From: Amoebidium appalachense
Taxonomy: Eukaryota; Protista; Ichthyosporea
Assembly: GCA_963693365.1 (NCBI GenBank)
Contig: CAVNZM010000001.1
Span: forward strand, 12,302,161 to 12,366,160
Length of the DNA stretch: 64,000 bases
Reading direction: 5' to 3'
A program made the position numbers and the translations under genes. Below the pieces are notes generated by a model. The model did not search any database. It worked only from the letters and a program-made list of their open reading frames with translations, and had not been told where the DNA came from. Every line of letters starts with the position of its first letter. The stretch's first letter is position 1. Below are positions 1 to 18,542 of this stretch, in pieces.

Positions 1-167
1 TGGAAAAATCGCGCGTTGCCGCACAAACAGCCTGCGGTAGTATCGTGACATTGAAGGAAACGGTGGCAAAAGTGGAGAGAGAAAAGAAGGCGGCGGAGTC
101 GGAGTTGGCAGTTGTTTGTGCGTTGGCGGATATATTTACTGACCATTTGCCCCTGAACACTCAGGCG
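1..167 (+). CDS. Partial exon of a gene entering from the left (coiled-coil-like helix)
   Basis: Open frame EKSRVAAQTACGSIVTLKETVAKVEREKKAAESELAVVCALADIFTDHLPLNTQA ends at GT (168) before a poly-C/(CA)n intron. A likely next exon at ~1055-1220 is basic (KKKGAKKRTR) and contains a TGA. Weak resemblance to the ends of the 9.7-14.7 kb paralogues. Confidence 0.45.
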
Positions 168-176
168 GTCTGTAAT

Positions 177-222
<46 letters not shown>

Positions 223-454
223 ACACACACACGCGCGCGCGCACGAAAAAAAATAAAAACCGAAAGAAAAGAAAAAAACACCACTTCACCCCACTACAAC
301 CATGCCCCCTCTTCCCCCCCCCCCCCCCCCCCCCCCCCGGTCTCCTTCCCCCGTCTTTATGTATGCTTTCCGCTTGCATTTGCGCTGTCTGTCATTAACG
401 TGTATCTCGTACCCTGTAACACATTCAACGCCCCCTCACACCAGCTATCAGGCT

Positions 455-522
<68 letters not shown>

Positions 523-774
523 ACGCATGCGCAAACACCGCCTTTCTCCCCCCTTCTCAGGGTCCACACATTTCTTTCGCTCTCAGAATCGACTCTACCT
601 TTTCAATTCTACTTGTGTCCTCCCTCCCTCCCTCCCCCCCCCCCCCCCCCCCCCCCCCCCGCCTTTCCCGCCCCCACTCTATTCCGTCCCGCCCTTCCCA
701 CCCAACCCACTCTTCTAAGCTTGTGTGTAGAAAGACGGAACGGATCTGGTTGCTCCGTCGTATGCTGCCCCCCC

Positions 775-824
<50 letters not shown>

Positions 825-1636
825 CATGTACGCATGTACGCATGTACGTGTACGTGTACACGCACAAAATCCCAATGCACACAAACCTGTGCACATGCGC
901 ATCATCTGGCGACGCCCTCCCTTTAAAATCTGCCTTTTCGTCTTTTCCCGTTTTTCTGAATAACCATTTGGCCTTAGACCTTTTTCTTTTTTTTATTTTA
1001 TAGCTACCTTCTTGCAACGTGCACTAACTGGCAACATGTTTTTTGCATCCACAGGATGTGCCCATGTGTGTCCCATCACCCGCCGCTCCCGTGTCTGTGC
1101 CCATCGTCAAGAAAAAGGGTGCCAAGAAAAGAACACGCTGAGAGGAGAGGAATCCAAAGGAAACACCTCTTAAACCATCCAAGAAACGAAAAAGCACTGC
1201 CAGATGTAGAAGTGGATAGCATGTCGGCTTGATCAAGAAGTGAAAAAACGAGTTTGAGGGAAATTTTTGGATTGGCTGATGGGGTTTTGTTCGGGTTGGG
1301 CATAACGCTGCGAGTTGTGTGGTATTTTTAATTGTATAGAATTTTTCCAACGATGCCTTTATTGACTTACTCAGCCGGTGACATGAAAACCATGATGTAT
1401 AACTGGGGATGGGTGTGCAAATATCATTATCAATATGTAGTGTGCATGGCGCTACACTTGATGTGCTTCTGTTGATATTCCTACCTTTTTTTTTTAATTT
1501 TCTTGAGGGTTTTTTTTTTTTGCGCGCGCCAAAACTTTCCCACCCAAATTTGCACATTTGGCTAGTCTATGCGATCACGCGCAAATTATTCGTCCACACA
1601 AATTTATTTATTTATTTTTTGAGATTGCTACATTCC

Positions 1637-1671
<35 letters not shown>

Positions 1672-3205
1672 TTGGTTGGTTGGTTGTAAATGTTTTATTG
1701 TGACTTTGTTGATGTGCTTAAAGAAAAAAAAAGAGATATCCCAGTGACACACCCAGATATTTCAAGAAAACCTTCATGTGGCGAGTAGGCTCACTGAAAT
1801 ACGGACCCAAAGGTGTGAAAGTACAAATATTGGAAAACAAACACTATAGTCAGTAGACAACATACTGACTCGTATTGAGAAGAACGACAAGTTGATATCT
1901 CGGCTGCCCAAAACAAGAATCCCTCAATAAAATCAACCTGATATGAATTCTGCCACAGAAATAGGGTAAACGCAAAAAACGTTTACATATTGTTTCTACT
2001 TCGTACAACTGCAAGATTTCTGCCGAATCCAGAGGTGGATCCGGAAGCGGGTGCACGCGACCTCTAATATAAAACTGTAGTATCTGTCGGTACGTGCGTG
2101 TATGTCAGCCGAAGCGGCTCGCCCGTGTGCGCACTGGTGTGTTAATGTGTACGTATATATGATATACGTGCTACGCGTGTGTCTGTGTCACAGGTGTGCG
2201 CGCTTTCGTCCATGTGCACGTGCTGGTGTCCGTATAAACGAGTCTGATGTGCACTTCGCCCACTGCATCACATGCACATGTGTATGGGTGCAGGTCGTAT
2301 ACATGGCCCCCCCTTATCTGACAGATAATATTTAAATTTAGAAGGTCAGGAGGCCTTCTAGTTGCCGCCGTAGGTGCTGCGTCTGTGTTTTTTTTTGTCA
2401 AGGCCAAGTTTTGGAACGTCTCACTGAGTCACCAGCTCTTTCAAGCCAGTGGGTTGCAGAGGGCCGTGGGGTTGCACCAGCCGCGGCCAGAGCGCGGCCA
2501 GCTGTTAACATGTTATTGCCTTTTATGGTTATCTTTTTCCCGCACTTTTCATTTCGACCAATAATCTTTGAGTATATCACATTCCTGGGTTGCGCAAACA
2601 CCCTGCTGAGCCACACGCGGTGACCACTGTGGCAAAGCTAAAAGAGACAAGGGTTTCAACTTTAGTGACATGTTGCCATTCAGGATAGGTGTATTACATA
2701 CTTCGACCCTAATAATTGTTCCAGGCTTTGAGTTTGAATAGGTTTCTATCAACGCACAAGACTAACGTTGTTCCCCCCCCCCCCCCCCCCCCCCCCACGC
2801 GCCCCCACCCAACAAACACACACACACGCACAAACCACTAGAAGGCGATGAACATGTAAGTTCGGCGCCTCGCCTCATGTAAGTTCGGCGCCTCGCCTCA
2901 CATCCAACTGTAGTCCACCTCAGGACCAATAGTTTCAGATAGACGGATCGAGAAACGATGGCCCAATTGCAAGCATTGTAGACTGGCAACAGAACGACCA
3001 CAATTAGTATCCGAAAAACAACATTAACCAACAGGCTGGAACACCACATTGCGGCCGTACGTTTGGTAGGTTTTTTTGTGCGAGACGGAGAGGAATATTG
3101 ACCGTTTGAATGTGTACTTGTGCTGTTCCGGCTTGTTAAGGTGCACGTTGTTGCTCTTATTTGTGTGTGCGTGTGTGCGAGTGCGTGCGTGCGTGCGTGC
3201 GTGTG

Positions 3206-3256
<51 letters not shown>

Positions 3257-3767
3257 CCGTGTATAAAGTCGTGTGTGTGTGTGTGTGCGAGATGTGTCTG
3301 TGTGTGTTTATATGTGTGTGTGTGCATGGGGGGGGGAGGGGGGAGGGGGGGGGGGGGGGGAGGGGGGAGGGAGGGGCCAGTGAGGAAGTGCTGCACATGC
3401 GGCACACCTTAGCGTCTGTAGACTGTAGAGCCACCCCCCCCCCCCCCCTCTCTCTCTCTATCTCTCTCCCCCCCCCCCCCCCCCCCCAACCTCTCTGTCC
3501 CCCCTCCCTCTGTCTCTCTTCTCTCCCTCTCTCTCCCTTCATCAGTCCATACAACCCTGCCCCCCTCTCTCCCTCTCTCCCTCCCTCTCTTTCTCAAAAC
3601 CCCCCCCCCCCCCCCCGCCCTCTCTCTCCTGGGTACCTTTTTGCTGTCTGCTAACATGCACTTTAGCAGGGCCGATAAATCTTGAGTAAATGCCCCTCCC
3701 CCTCCCCCCCCCTCCCCTCCCCCCCTCCCCCCAACCTTCTGCCTGGATCTACGGTTCAAATTCAAGA

Positions 3768-5175
3768 ATGGACCCAACCCACGGGTTGTTGGGGCAGACC
3801 CACATTGCACAGGTAGCATTATCTCCCCCCCCCCCCCCCCTCCCCCTCTCCCCTCTCCCCCTTTCCCCCTCATCTGCTATTCGCCCCCCTTCCCCTCCTG
3901 CCTCCCCCCACCCACCCCCCTCCTCCCCCCAGGCGCTTTTTTGTATCATATCACCCCCAGGCTCCTTTGGCCTATGCTTTACTCTGTATACACCACTGCC
4001 ATTCTCTAACCATCCACCCCCGCCCCTCCCCCCTCCCCCTCTCTTCCCTCCCCCCCCCCCCCCCCCCCCCCCCCCCGCGCAGAACCCCCCTGCTCCAAAT
4101 CCCGCTCTTTCATGTGGGCATAGGACCTCCTAATAAAGGGGTTTGTTCAAGTGGGCTCAGAATAATACAGTACGAGCCTCCATGTGTTTTCTTCTACTCT
4201 GTTGATCCTTCTCCCTCCCCCCCCCCCCCTCCCTCCCTCCCTCCCTCAATCCATAGAGTAATAATTAATCATAAACATAATGATAATTGCAATATGATAT
4301 TATAATGATAGTAACAATATCATTATACACGACAACAACAACAAAAAAGAAGATAACGTTAAGAACGAGCACAAAAGAAATCAGCAGCAGAAAAAACCGA
4401 AAAGCAACACTGAACTTTAACCCAAAAAGAACAAAGCGCTAACCCGGTGTTTTGTATGTGGTAAATCCGACCAGGTGGTGATGATCAAAGACTACCTCCT
4501 CTCATACCAGTGGGAGACCGGGTGGGAGGAGTCCGAGATAGACAAATGGTGTCTGGAATTACGCCAGCACGGCATACGCACCATGGCCGTTTTGCACTAC
4601 CTCCTACCCGTTGATTGGACAAATATCAGCATACCCGTACTACCGAAAAAGCTTCTGATGAAAGCGTGCGGGGTGAGAAGGGACTCCACGCCTACGCTGC
4701 AAACGCACGCGAACCCGTTTGCAACCCTGAACATGACGTCACATTCCACCCCCGTGCAACACGTGACACAATCGCACATACCACATACCATGGCGCATAC
4801 CGATGGGTCAACATCGGCATATGACGGTCTGAATTTTGTGTCTGTCGATAACGAGGTATAGAGCCCCCCCCCCCTCTCCCCCCCCCCCCCCCGGGCCCTG
4901 CCCTGCTCTAACTCCCTCTTGATGATGGGATCTGTGCAAGTGGCTTCTGACTGCACGATTGTTGGGTTTATGAATGGCGTTTTTGTTTTTGCGAATTTTT
5001 CGGTATTTTGCTTCCATGTTTCCCTTTTTCTAATGCCCCCCCCCCCCCCCCCCCCCCACCCCCCGCCCCTCCCCCCTTCGGAGGTTTTGTCCAGACAAAA
5101 GCCGGGCTACATGAACACAGTGTCCACACACATGCGAACACTGCGCACTCACACACCCACACTTTAAATGGCATG

Positions 5176-5206
<31 letters not shown>

Positions 5207-5672
5207 ACACACACACACAGACACACACACACATGCTCGTAAACCCACAGCCACGTGCTTTACCACGTTCACATGCCCCCCCCTCCGCTTCCCCTCCCCA
5301 CAACTTTCATGTTCATACACGTGCACCCATAAAGGGGCAGATTGCACCCTAGACGTACCCCCTATGCCTCCTCCCTGTCTCACCATCTTCCTTTTTTTCA
5401 TGTTTCCCTCAATGTGCCCCCCTCCCCCCCCCCCCCCCCTCCTACCCCCTCCAAAGTCTCACTGCTTCTCTTTGTACCCCCCTGATGTTGGGGTCGGTTC
5501 ATGTTTCTCGTTATTTATTTTGGTGTCTATGATTGTGTCATTTTTTTGGTTGTATTCCGTGTTTCACGTTGGTTTTTGGCGTCGTTTTATCCGATCGAAC
5601 CCCCCCCTCCCCCCCCCCCCCCCCCCCCGCCCCCCCTTCCCCTCCGCCTCCCCGTAAATCATCCCCATCCCT

Positions 5673-5704
<32 letters not shown>

Positions 5705-5955
5705 CGCCCACAAATACACACAAGCACACACACCGTCCCTGCGTCCCTTCCTTTGTCAATATGATTGTTCCCCCCACTCTCTCCGGTTTCCTCTTCTCCC
5801 CAACTCTCCCGTGTTTCTCTCCTCTTCCCCTCTGCTCAATGGCCTTCCAACCTCAAGAAAACACCCATTCGGTTGTTTGTCGAGAAATCATGCCGTGAAT
5901 GTGAGAGGTCAATACAGATGCCACACTGCTTACCATCCAACAACCCCCTCCCCCC

Positions 5956-5986
<31 letters not shown>

Positions 5987-6086
5987 AAAAAAAAAAAAAA
6001 AGCAGGAGAGCAGTATGGGTGAGGGAAACGAAGACGACCGCTCAAGAGATGGAGAGGAAGAGGAGCTTTTTGAAGGTTGGTGTTCC

Positions 6087-6141
<55 letters not shown>

Positions 6142-7998
6142 ACCCCACCCCCACCCCACCCCACCCACCCACCCACCACCACCACTACCACCACCACCAC
6201 ACAAAAAAAAAAAAAAAAAAAAAGGAATGGGCTCTGCTTATTATGCATACTCTTTCATGTTTGCTTTGCGATCTGTATTGTGTTGTCCGTCATGAATATG
6301 CACTTTGTACTCTATAATTCACATTCTAACCCTCCCTTCCCCCTCCCCCCCCCTCCCCCCCATGACTTGGGCCCTCCCTGAGGATGGGCTCTCCTTATGA
6401 CGCATACTGTGCGCATGGCTGATGTTGCATACTTGAATGTTTGCCTTTGCATGTGTCCTGTACCATGCTTCTCATCGTGTATGCGTACTTCGTACCGTGT
6501 TCCGCATTCAAACCCCCCCCCTGGGCACACAGAAACACACACCCCTACCTCGTCTCCCTTCCTCCTCGGTGTGCCCATGCACTCTCTCAATCCGCCACTC
6601 ACCTGCTGTTTACCTCGCTATTGATAGAATGTTGTGAAGAATACCGTTCCGATCATGAGATTGCCTTTTTGTCTTTTGCCTTTTGGGGGGGGAGGGGAGA
6701 GCGGGGAAAGGGGGGGTGGGGGGAGGCGGTGGGGTGTTTTGGGGGGGGGGGGGGGGGGGGGGGGGGGGATGGATGGGGGTCACCCATCGCACCCACAAGC
6801 TAAATAATGTTAAACATGCAAAGATGTATCATGTATGCAGGCACATTGGCAAACACCCTTCCAACTACCTCCTGTTCCCCTCCTCCCCCCCTTCCCCCCT
6901 AACCAAGAAAAAAAGGATATCAATAAATAAAAAATTAAAAAGGAGGAAAAAAAAAGAAAAAAAAAGCACACAAGCTCACGCGTGTGTGTATGACATTCCT
7001 CACGTCTGCACACAAATATGGGAACAAATACACAGGCATACACACACACACACACACCGAAAACCATATAAAAAAAACCTCCCAAACATTCAAACACCCG
7101 CCCCACCACATACCCCACTCACACGCTAAACCATACACACACAGGTTTCCGCCGGCTAGGCCGAGCAACCACCGTAGCAGATTACATGACGGTATTATCT
7201 GAAGTGGCGAGAGCAAAAAAACTACACCCATACTACCAAATGACAGAGGGATTCTATTCACGCATAGGCACGTCACAACCTACACACTCCAAAGCACACA
7301 GGCTCGTACGTTTTCTGCGACAGTATTCGCACGAGCCGTCGGTTTTGGCGATTTTGCAAAATCCCGGAAATTTCACGATCGTGCAGGCTCGGAGGATTCT
7401 TGCGGACGCCGCGGCGAAAATTCCCGGAGCTTTGGAGGAATTGGGCCAGGAGTCTTATATGTACACGTCGCGAACGCACATGCAAGGGAAAATGCCGAGA
7501 CGATCATCGGAGCAATCGAAAATGAACGGACGAAACCACGTAAATTTGCAAGTGAACGAAGATTTAACGGGAGGTGTGAACGTTGGAATAGGTGGCGAGA
7601 TAATGTCCGTTGGGATAGACGGGAGCGGTGGGCAGCTGCTTACTGAGGAAACGGGAGATAACGGTGTGATAGATTCTAGGGAAATCGAAGAGGAAGATGA
7701 AGAGGTGATAGTGACAGACCACCACCACCACCACGACTTGCATGGGGGGGTTGGTGTTGGTATGGGTTTGGGTGTGGGTTTAGGAAATTTAGGAAATTTA
7801 GGAAATTTAGGAAATTTCGTAGAACATAGTTTTGTTGTGGGGGGAAGTAGGGTGGTAGGTACGGGGGGTTTGGTTTCGACCGAATCGCACGATGATACAG
7901 ATCTGGACGATATCGGACAGCCCGGGATAGTGATGGAGGGACATGGGCATCCAATCAATGTGGATAGTTATCACGCGGATTTTATTGGGGCTACGTGA
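3768..7998 (+). CDS. Spliced gene: SAM-like N-terminal domain, HTH-like segment, low-complexity acidic/Gly/His tail; possible transcription regulator
   Basis: Exons 3768-3812, 4475-4855, 6006-6075 and 7145-7998 are all GT-AG with matching phases (0,0,1). WEESEIDKWCLELRQHGIRTMAVLHYLLPVDWTNISIPVLPKKLL has a SAM-type pattern. FYSRIGTSQPTHSKAHRLVRFL resembles an HTH. Domain calls are by eye. Confidence 0.7.
6226..6520 (+). repeat. Two 5'-truncated copies of the intronic structured-RNA element (6226-6335 and 6362-6520)
   Basis: 6362-6520 matches the reverse complement of ~44465-44607 (about 3 substitutions and one 15-nt indel). 6226-6335 matches the reverse complements of 45892-45997 and 32200-32300. 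Confidence 0.85.
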
Positions 7999-8463
7999 TT
8001 GGGTTAGATGCCGTGTGGATAGGAGGTGTGTGGTTTATTTTATGTTAGTGATGATGGGAGTTTCGTGGCTCTTTTCGCTTCTAAGATGGGGTGTAGGTTG
8101 GAGAATGTCGTTTTGCCTGATAGGGTGGGTGTACATAGTGGAATTTGGTTAGAATATTTCCTTTTTTGTATGTTTTTTTTCCCCGTTCAATTTTTATTTT
8201 TTTTTGGACATTAGTACTGGCAATGTGTGTATGTGTGTGTGTGTGTGTGCTTGTGGAAGGCACTACACAGCACCGTAATACGGCAACCAGGACATGTATA
8301 GTGTGGGGGTATATGGGGATGCATATAAAAGTGCCCCATTTTAACATTAGAAATTTAACAGGATGTCTACTGGTCAGACTTTATTTTGCCTGTTTTATAA
8401 CAGCATGATGGCAAGATGATACGGTGTAATCGGTTACATGGCCCAAGAGCGAGTGGATGTTGG

Positions 8464-8501
<38 letters not shown>

Positions 8502-8610
8502 ACACACACACATACCACCACCACCACCACCACTCCCTTTTTTTTTTTTTTTCTTATTTTTTTTTTTTTTTTTTTGTTTTTCCAGCTGGGGGGGGGGGGG
8601 GGGGGGGGGG

Positions 8611-9223
8611 ACATCTGAAAATCATGGTTTGTGGGATATAGACTCTACAGTCTCCGGTTCGTACGTGATCGATTGGCTGCTTCGTCTCACAAGTATGTGC
8701 CATATATGGCTAGCTTTTGTTTACTTTTACCTTATTTGGTTCCAACCGCCAACGCAGGAATGCACTCAATGTTCCCTATTTCAATGTCACCGAATTCATT
8801 AATTATCTTGTCGCCAAGTTTATTTCCCACGTGTGAATCTCCTACATACATTAGTATGCCCTATGCCCGCCCCCCCCCCCCCCCCCCCTCCCCCCCTCCC
8901 CGGGGGGGGGAGGGATGAGAAAATGCATGCACATATGGTCTGAAGACATGAATACGTGCCAGTGCAAGTTTGCAGGGCATACTAATGTATATAGGAGATT
9001 CACACGTGGGAAATAAACTTGGTGACAAGATAATTAATGAATTCGGTGACATCGAAATAGGGAACATTGAGTGCATTCCTGCGTTGGCGGTTGGGACCAA
9101 ATAAGGTAAAAGTAAACAAAAGCTAGCCATATATGGCACATACTTGTGAGACGAAGAAGCCAATCGATCACGTACGAACCGGAGACTGTAGAGTCTATAT
9201 CCCACACCATGGTTTTCAGATGT
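8611..9223. repeat. Long inverted repeat (foldback), ~250-bp arms with a ~110-bp spacer
   Basis: 8611-8862 (acatctgaaaatcatgg...ttagtatgccct) is the near-identical reverse complement of 8974-9223 (agggcatactaa...ccatggttttcagatgt). It is flanked by a G-run on the left and a C-run on the right. Confidence 0.92.
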
Positions 9224-9225
9224 TC

Positions 9226-9267
<42 letters not shown>

Positions 9268-9670
9268 AGCACACACACACACACACACACACATACGACA
9301 GTACCGGTGATAAGTTGCGCATGCGTAAGGTAGCCAAGGCTTGCATAAAATCGTTAAGACCCTCTAGAGAGGGAATGAGCAAATTATAGCATGGTGACAT
9401 AATACAGAAATAAAAAAATAGTCGGAGCACCACAAATGCTCACATTTCATTGTTTGGTTTGTCTTTGGTAGACCAGAACACGATACATTTACGTACTTCC
9501 GCCAAAGGACAGAACCTTTTCTTTCTGGAGACGAATGAAAGGGGAAACCGAGCTTAAAAATGACGAACGGACTAAGGGAAAGTGCTCATTTCACGCCGTT
9601 GAAGTCTTAGTTGTTCGTCAATAAGCCATGTTCCTGTAGTTCTATATGGGCCTATACACAGACGTACACA

Positions 9671-10153
9671 ATGGAGGAAGGTATGTTTATGGCAAATGCT
9701 GGGGAGGGTTTTCAAGCACAAGGAGAGGCCGAAACCCTGGAAAGAATGCCTAAAAATGAAGACGAACTTAACGCACAGTTCGCCGAGGTGATTATATGAC
9801 CCAGTCTCAGAATTAATTTCCTTTGTCAAGCACAGTCTTGCTTCTCGTATTAAAGCTTGGGCCAGTACAGTTGTAGATCTGCCATATACTCTGCCATTCA
9901 AGAGCAGCTTGTTTTGAAACCCCCCCCCCCCCCCCCCCCCCCCCGCGGGCGCCACCTCCCCCCTCCCCCCTGGCGCTCCGGACGTTTTGAAAAGCAGCAC
10001 CCAACTTTCTTTGTTTGTGTTGCACAGTCACTGTGATCAGGCAGTTAGTGGCCCCCCGATTATGTCCTTTTCCATTCCACTTGAAAAACGGAACCCAACC
10101 ACCAAGGTGTTGCGTTTTTTCGTTTATGAGGGTTGGGGCGGGGCGGGGCGGGG

Positions 10154-10185
<32 letters not shown>

Positions 10186-10284
10186 TGGGCAACCTACTGG
10201 AGAACTCTTCTGACCCCTTCTTTCCTCCCCCTTTCTCCCCCCTCCTCTCACCCCCCTCCCCCACTACCACCTTTCTCCCGCACA

Positions 10285-10326
<42 letters not shown>

Positions 10327-10644
10327 AGGACAAAGCTCTTGCCAGCCTCTCTGCTGGTCTGATGCACGACTTTTCCTTTTGTGATCAAGAACTTCTGTTC
10401 GGCCACCTGCTTGAGCTTTGTGTCCCTGTGGAGGGTGGTCTTACCGTGAACGAAGCAACAGCCACAGGGCTGATGCTCGCCTCATGGGACAACATCAAGG
10501 GGTTTTTCCGGACAGATGGGGTGAAAATGGAGGAGGTACGTGCGGGGGATTCGGTGTGCTTGAGACTGGCACATTTCCTGCGGCATCTGCCAAAATTTGA
10601 CACGGTGGTCGAGGAGGCAAAGACGCCAGTTGTGATGCAGGTGT

Positions 10645-10705
<61 letters not shown>

Positions 10706-11834
10706 GGGTGGGTGTGTGTGTGTGTCCGCGTGTGTGTGTGTGTGTGTGTGTGGGGGGGGGGGGGGATATTGCTGTGATTCGACTACATGCATCAGCGGTG
10801 TTTAACTGGTTGTGCGCTCTCTTGAATATGCCCCCCCCCCCCCCCCCCCTTCTCCACCCCCTCCCCCCCCCCCCCAAAAAAAAAAATGACCCCCTCTCCT
10901 CCCCCCCCCCCAAAAAAAAAATGACCCTCTCTCCTCCCCCCCCCCCCCAAAAAAAAAAATTTTTTTTTTTGAAAAAGGAAAAGGAACCCCATCCACCCCA
11001 CCTAAACACACAACGATTCTCTTTATGATACTGTAGCCCACCTATGTACCGTTCATTGCCAGTCACTCCTCCTTTCCCATAATAGCCTGTGTGAGCCCAT
11101 CCTCCCGTAATAGCCCATATTCCCGTAACCTTTTCTCCGTAATAACCCGTTATCCCGTAAACAGGCTGTGAGCTGTGTTTCTCACCCTGCCATGCGCGAT
11201 CTCTGTTATGAAAACGGACCGATTCCGACAGTTTTGGCTACGGCGGCAGCAATTCAGGCCGTCGTATCATCAGGGGGAAAATTGATCGGTATGTGGGGGT
11301 TACAGAGAATTGCGCAAGAATACATTCCGGCGGCAAAGGAATGGGTGGTGGGTAAGGTGATTGTAAACGTACAGAGGGGTCTTATCTGAAATTCACGATG
11401 TGGTGGCTGTACCGGACGTGAGGGAGAGCATTGGTGGTGCGATGAAAGATGTAATCATCCGGGCCCTTGGTGACGTCACAATGAACCCACCATCATGGCT
11501 GCGGCCAATGGAAAATTCTGTTCATGTTCTCAACCTCACCAGCGACGACAACGCAAACCCCCCCGCAGCTGAAATTGCCATTGCCTGTGTGGTATTTTCG
11601 GCCACGGTACACATTTCCAAGTATTGGGGGGACCTCGGCGGGCCTGGGGCCATAAGCGCGGCGCTAGACAGGGAGGTTGCGCGGTCGGAAAAGGCAACCA
11701 AGAAACTGAAAAAGAGACGAATCATTGCGGAAAAACAGAGAGAGGTTGTGGGAAAAGACAGGGAGATTTTGCAGCAGCGTGCGGAACTGTTGCGTCTAGT
11801 GAAGGAGGCTCACCCCACCGCTCTGCCTGAGAAT
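9671..11834 (+). pseudogene. Unknown alpha-helical protein, paralogue/repeat 1 (frameshifted)
   Basis: Exon-like segments 9671-9787, 10326-10640 and 11165-11834 have GT-AG ends. A frameshift near 11365-11390 is not resolved by an in-phase mini-intron. Homologous to 13323-14740. Confidence 0.6.
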
Positions 11835-12252
11835 GTTGGTCCCCCCTCCCCCCCCCCCCCCCCACCCCCCTCGGTCCACGCCCCCCCTGCCCCCCCCCCC
11901 CCCCCCCCTCCCCCTCTCTCTCCATCTCTTCATCCTCCCGACCCTCTCGTACTGCCATATAGAGGGCTAGGGAGATGCGGGCGCACATGTCTTAATTTCT
12001 ATGTGGCTGGTTTCGGTGTGACGTAACCATGGTGTGTATGTTACGTCATTTTGATGTAATTGTGAATGTAGCCAATTAGTGGTCAGTGATGTCCCTGCGC
12101 AATGCCACTGTAGTTGAATAATGGCATGTGATTGGTTGCCTTCGACCCAACACAATAATTACATCACTAAGTGGATGCATTCCAATGTCGTTTGTTTGCG
12201 CACGTTTGTTTCCACCATTCAGTTGGGTTCTCACATACTGTTTGCACCCACA

Positions 12253-16304
<4,052 letters not shown>

Positions 16305-16539
16305 GAGAGTGAGTGTGTGCCTGTGGGAGTATGATTGGAGATATAATTTGTGGCTGTGTGACTTCTGTGTTGGAGTGTGTGCGCATGGTGCATGGGGAGG
16401 AGTATGGGCCTGAGACGGAGACGTATGAGTGAGACGTGAGGTGTAGCTTGGATTCGAAATATGTCACTGTGTGACTTGTGTGTGCATGTGCACGTTTTTT
16501 TTTACCTCTTCCCTTTTTTACAATATTTGTTTGTTTTTT

Positions 16540-16581
<42 letters not shown>

Positions 16582-16826
16582 GGGGGGGCTGTTTCAGATT
16601 AGAGAATATTTTTGTTCAGATATGTGACAATATAGACCACTGTTCAAGGAAAAATAATCTTGAGTAGCACAGGCTGCCCAACAGCTGTGTACTGCCTGCA
16701 TCAGTGAAGTTTGGGCTTGTACATATTTATCACATCAACTCCGGTCCCCTTTTTAATTTTCACGAATTTGCATAAATTTATGCTGAGTAGAATACATGAG
16801 CCTCAGGATGGCTTACAAGTACGGAA

Positions 16827-16860
<34 letters not shown>

Positions 16861-16906
16861 TGTATGCGTGGTGGTGGTGGTGGTGGTGGTGGTGGTGGAG
16901 GGGGAA

Positions 16907-16953
<47 letters not shown>

Positions 16954-17694
16954 GAGGCCATGATGCCGTGTGTACAGGTGTACACGTGTATATGAGTATG
17001 TCGGGGATAGGGTGTGCAGGTGTGTGTGTGTCGGGGAGATGGGTGCACACCCCAAGAGGATGGGGGGGGGGGGGGGGGGGGGGGGATTGTAAGCGAGCGA
17101 GCGAGTGTGTGTGTGCCCGCACACACGCTCTTGTGCGTGGGATGATGATTAAGTGTTGTGATTGCGGTGTGGGGAAAGGGGGGAGGGGGGGTAGGGGGAG
17201 GGGGGAGGGGGAGGGGGGAGGGGGGAGGGGGGAGGGGGAGGTAAAGATGAGGCCAAGGGGTGATTCAAGACAAAACCGGATTTCTGTTCGTTTAGTGATA
17301 ACGCACATGTAATTATAATTTCAACCGTACGTACTCATCGATATGAAATCAAAGGGACTAGTAGGTACCCGCGACATCTCAACAAAACAGACAACACAAA
17401 TTCGGAACGACCGATAGTCCTTTGCGACATCATAACCAACACCTGCTACAGTGGTAATGAGCAAAGCCATTCGTCATTAGTAACACACACCATAAAACAG
17501 AATCAATCATTCTTCAATAAAAAAATATCTACTACATAGTACCGATTCTGTAATAAAAAAATATCTATTATATAGTACCGACAGGCCTGCTCTCCAATAG
17601 GAATCATACCATTATAATTTTAACCCTGCCTCAGTGACATTCAACAACTGATGCCATATATCCACATTCGAACGGCACCGGTACATCCAGATTG

Positions 17695-18110
17695 AAACAC
17701 GCGTACACATGATCTTGCACCAATGAAAAACGGCTATGGTTCCTGACATTCTTCCAAAAAAACTGCTCCAAAAACGCGTACACATGATATTGCACCAACA
17801 AAAACCAGCCAATTTAACTTGCACCAATGGTATTATCTACGTTCACCCTTTGAACAGCACCGCAAACACTAGTCAATCAAGAGAAACCGAAAGTTTTCTT
17901 CATAGGTAATCTTTTTTCTTGCAAAATCATGAAAATGCGTATTCAAGGCGAAACAGATCTCGTGACATTGAACCAATGGAAATCTGCCATGTCGCCCATT
18001 CAAGCTTCAAACAGGACAAATACAAAATAATACTAATCCAAATACGCCTACACATGACATTGCACCAATAAAATCCAGCAATCGTGATATTGCACCAATC
18101 AAAACCCGTC
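17695..18110. repeat. Degenerate direct-repeat array (ACGCGTACACATGAYATTGCACCAAT) in the 3' flank of the pseudo-copy
   Basis: About six imperfect copies of the TGAYATTGCACCAAT core, with variable spacing. Confidence 0.7.
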
Positions 18111-18240
18111 ATTTATCTGCTCATGCCCCGGCAGAATGGTCTTGCATGGGCCAGTTCTTTGCTGCGGCCTTTTTGCCTTTTGCCTTAGAGTGTCCTTGCA
18201 CCGTATGCGGCAGCCACGGGGATGCTGTGTGTGTGTGTGT

Positions 18241-18357
<117 letters not shown>

Positions 18358-18492
18358 CTGCGCGCGCGCTCGTGTGGGAAGGGGGGGGGGGGGGGGGGGT
18401 TCCGAAGTATTTTTAGCCAAATGAATCACCCACACCAATGTAAATCAACAAGATTCGCAAGAGACCGGCCCCATCACTGAAGAACACGTTGA

Positions 18493-18542
<50 letters not shown>

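Noticed and set aside
1750-3060. Possible decayed coding or transposon sequence, sharing ttgcgcaaacaccct with 23173-23188
   Set aside because: The frames examined are broken by stops, and a 15-nt match alone is insufficient evidence.
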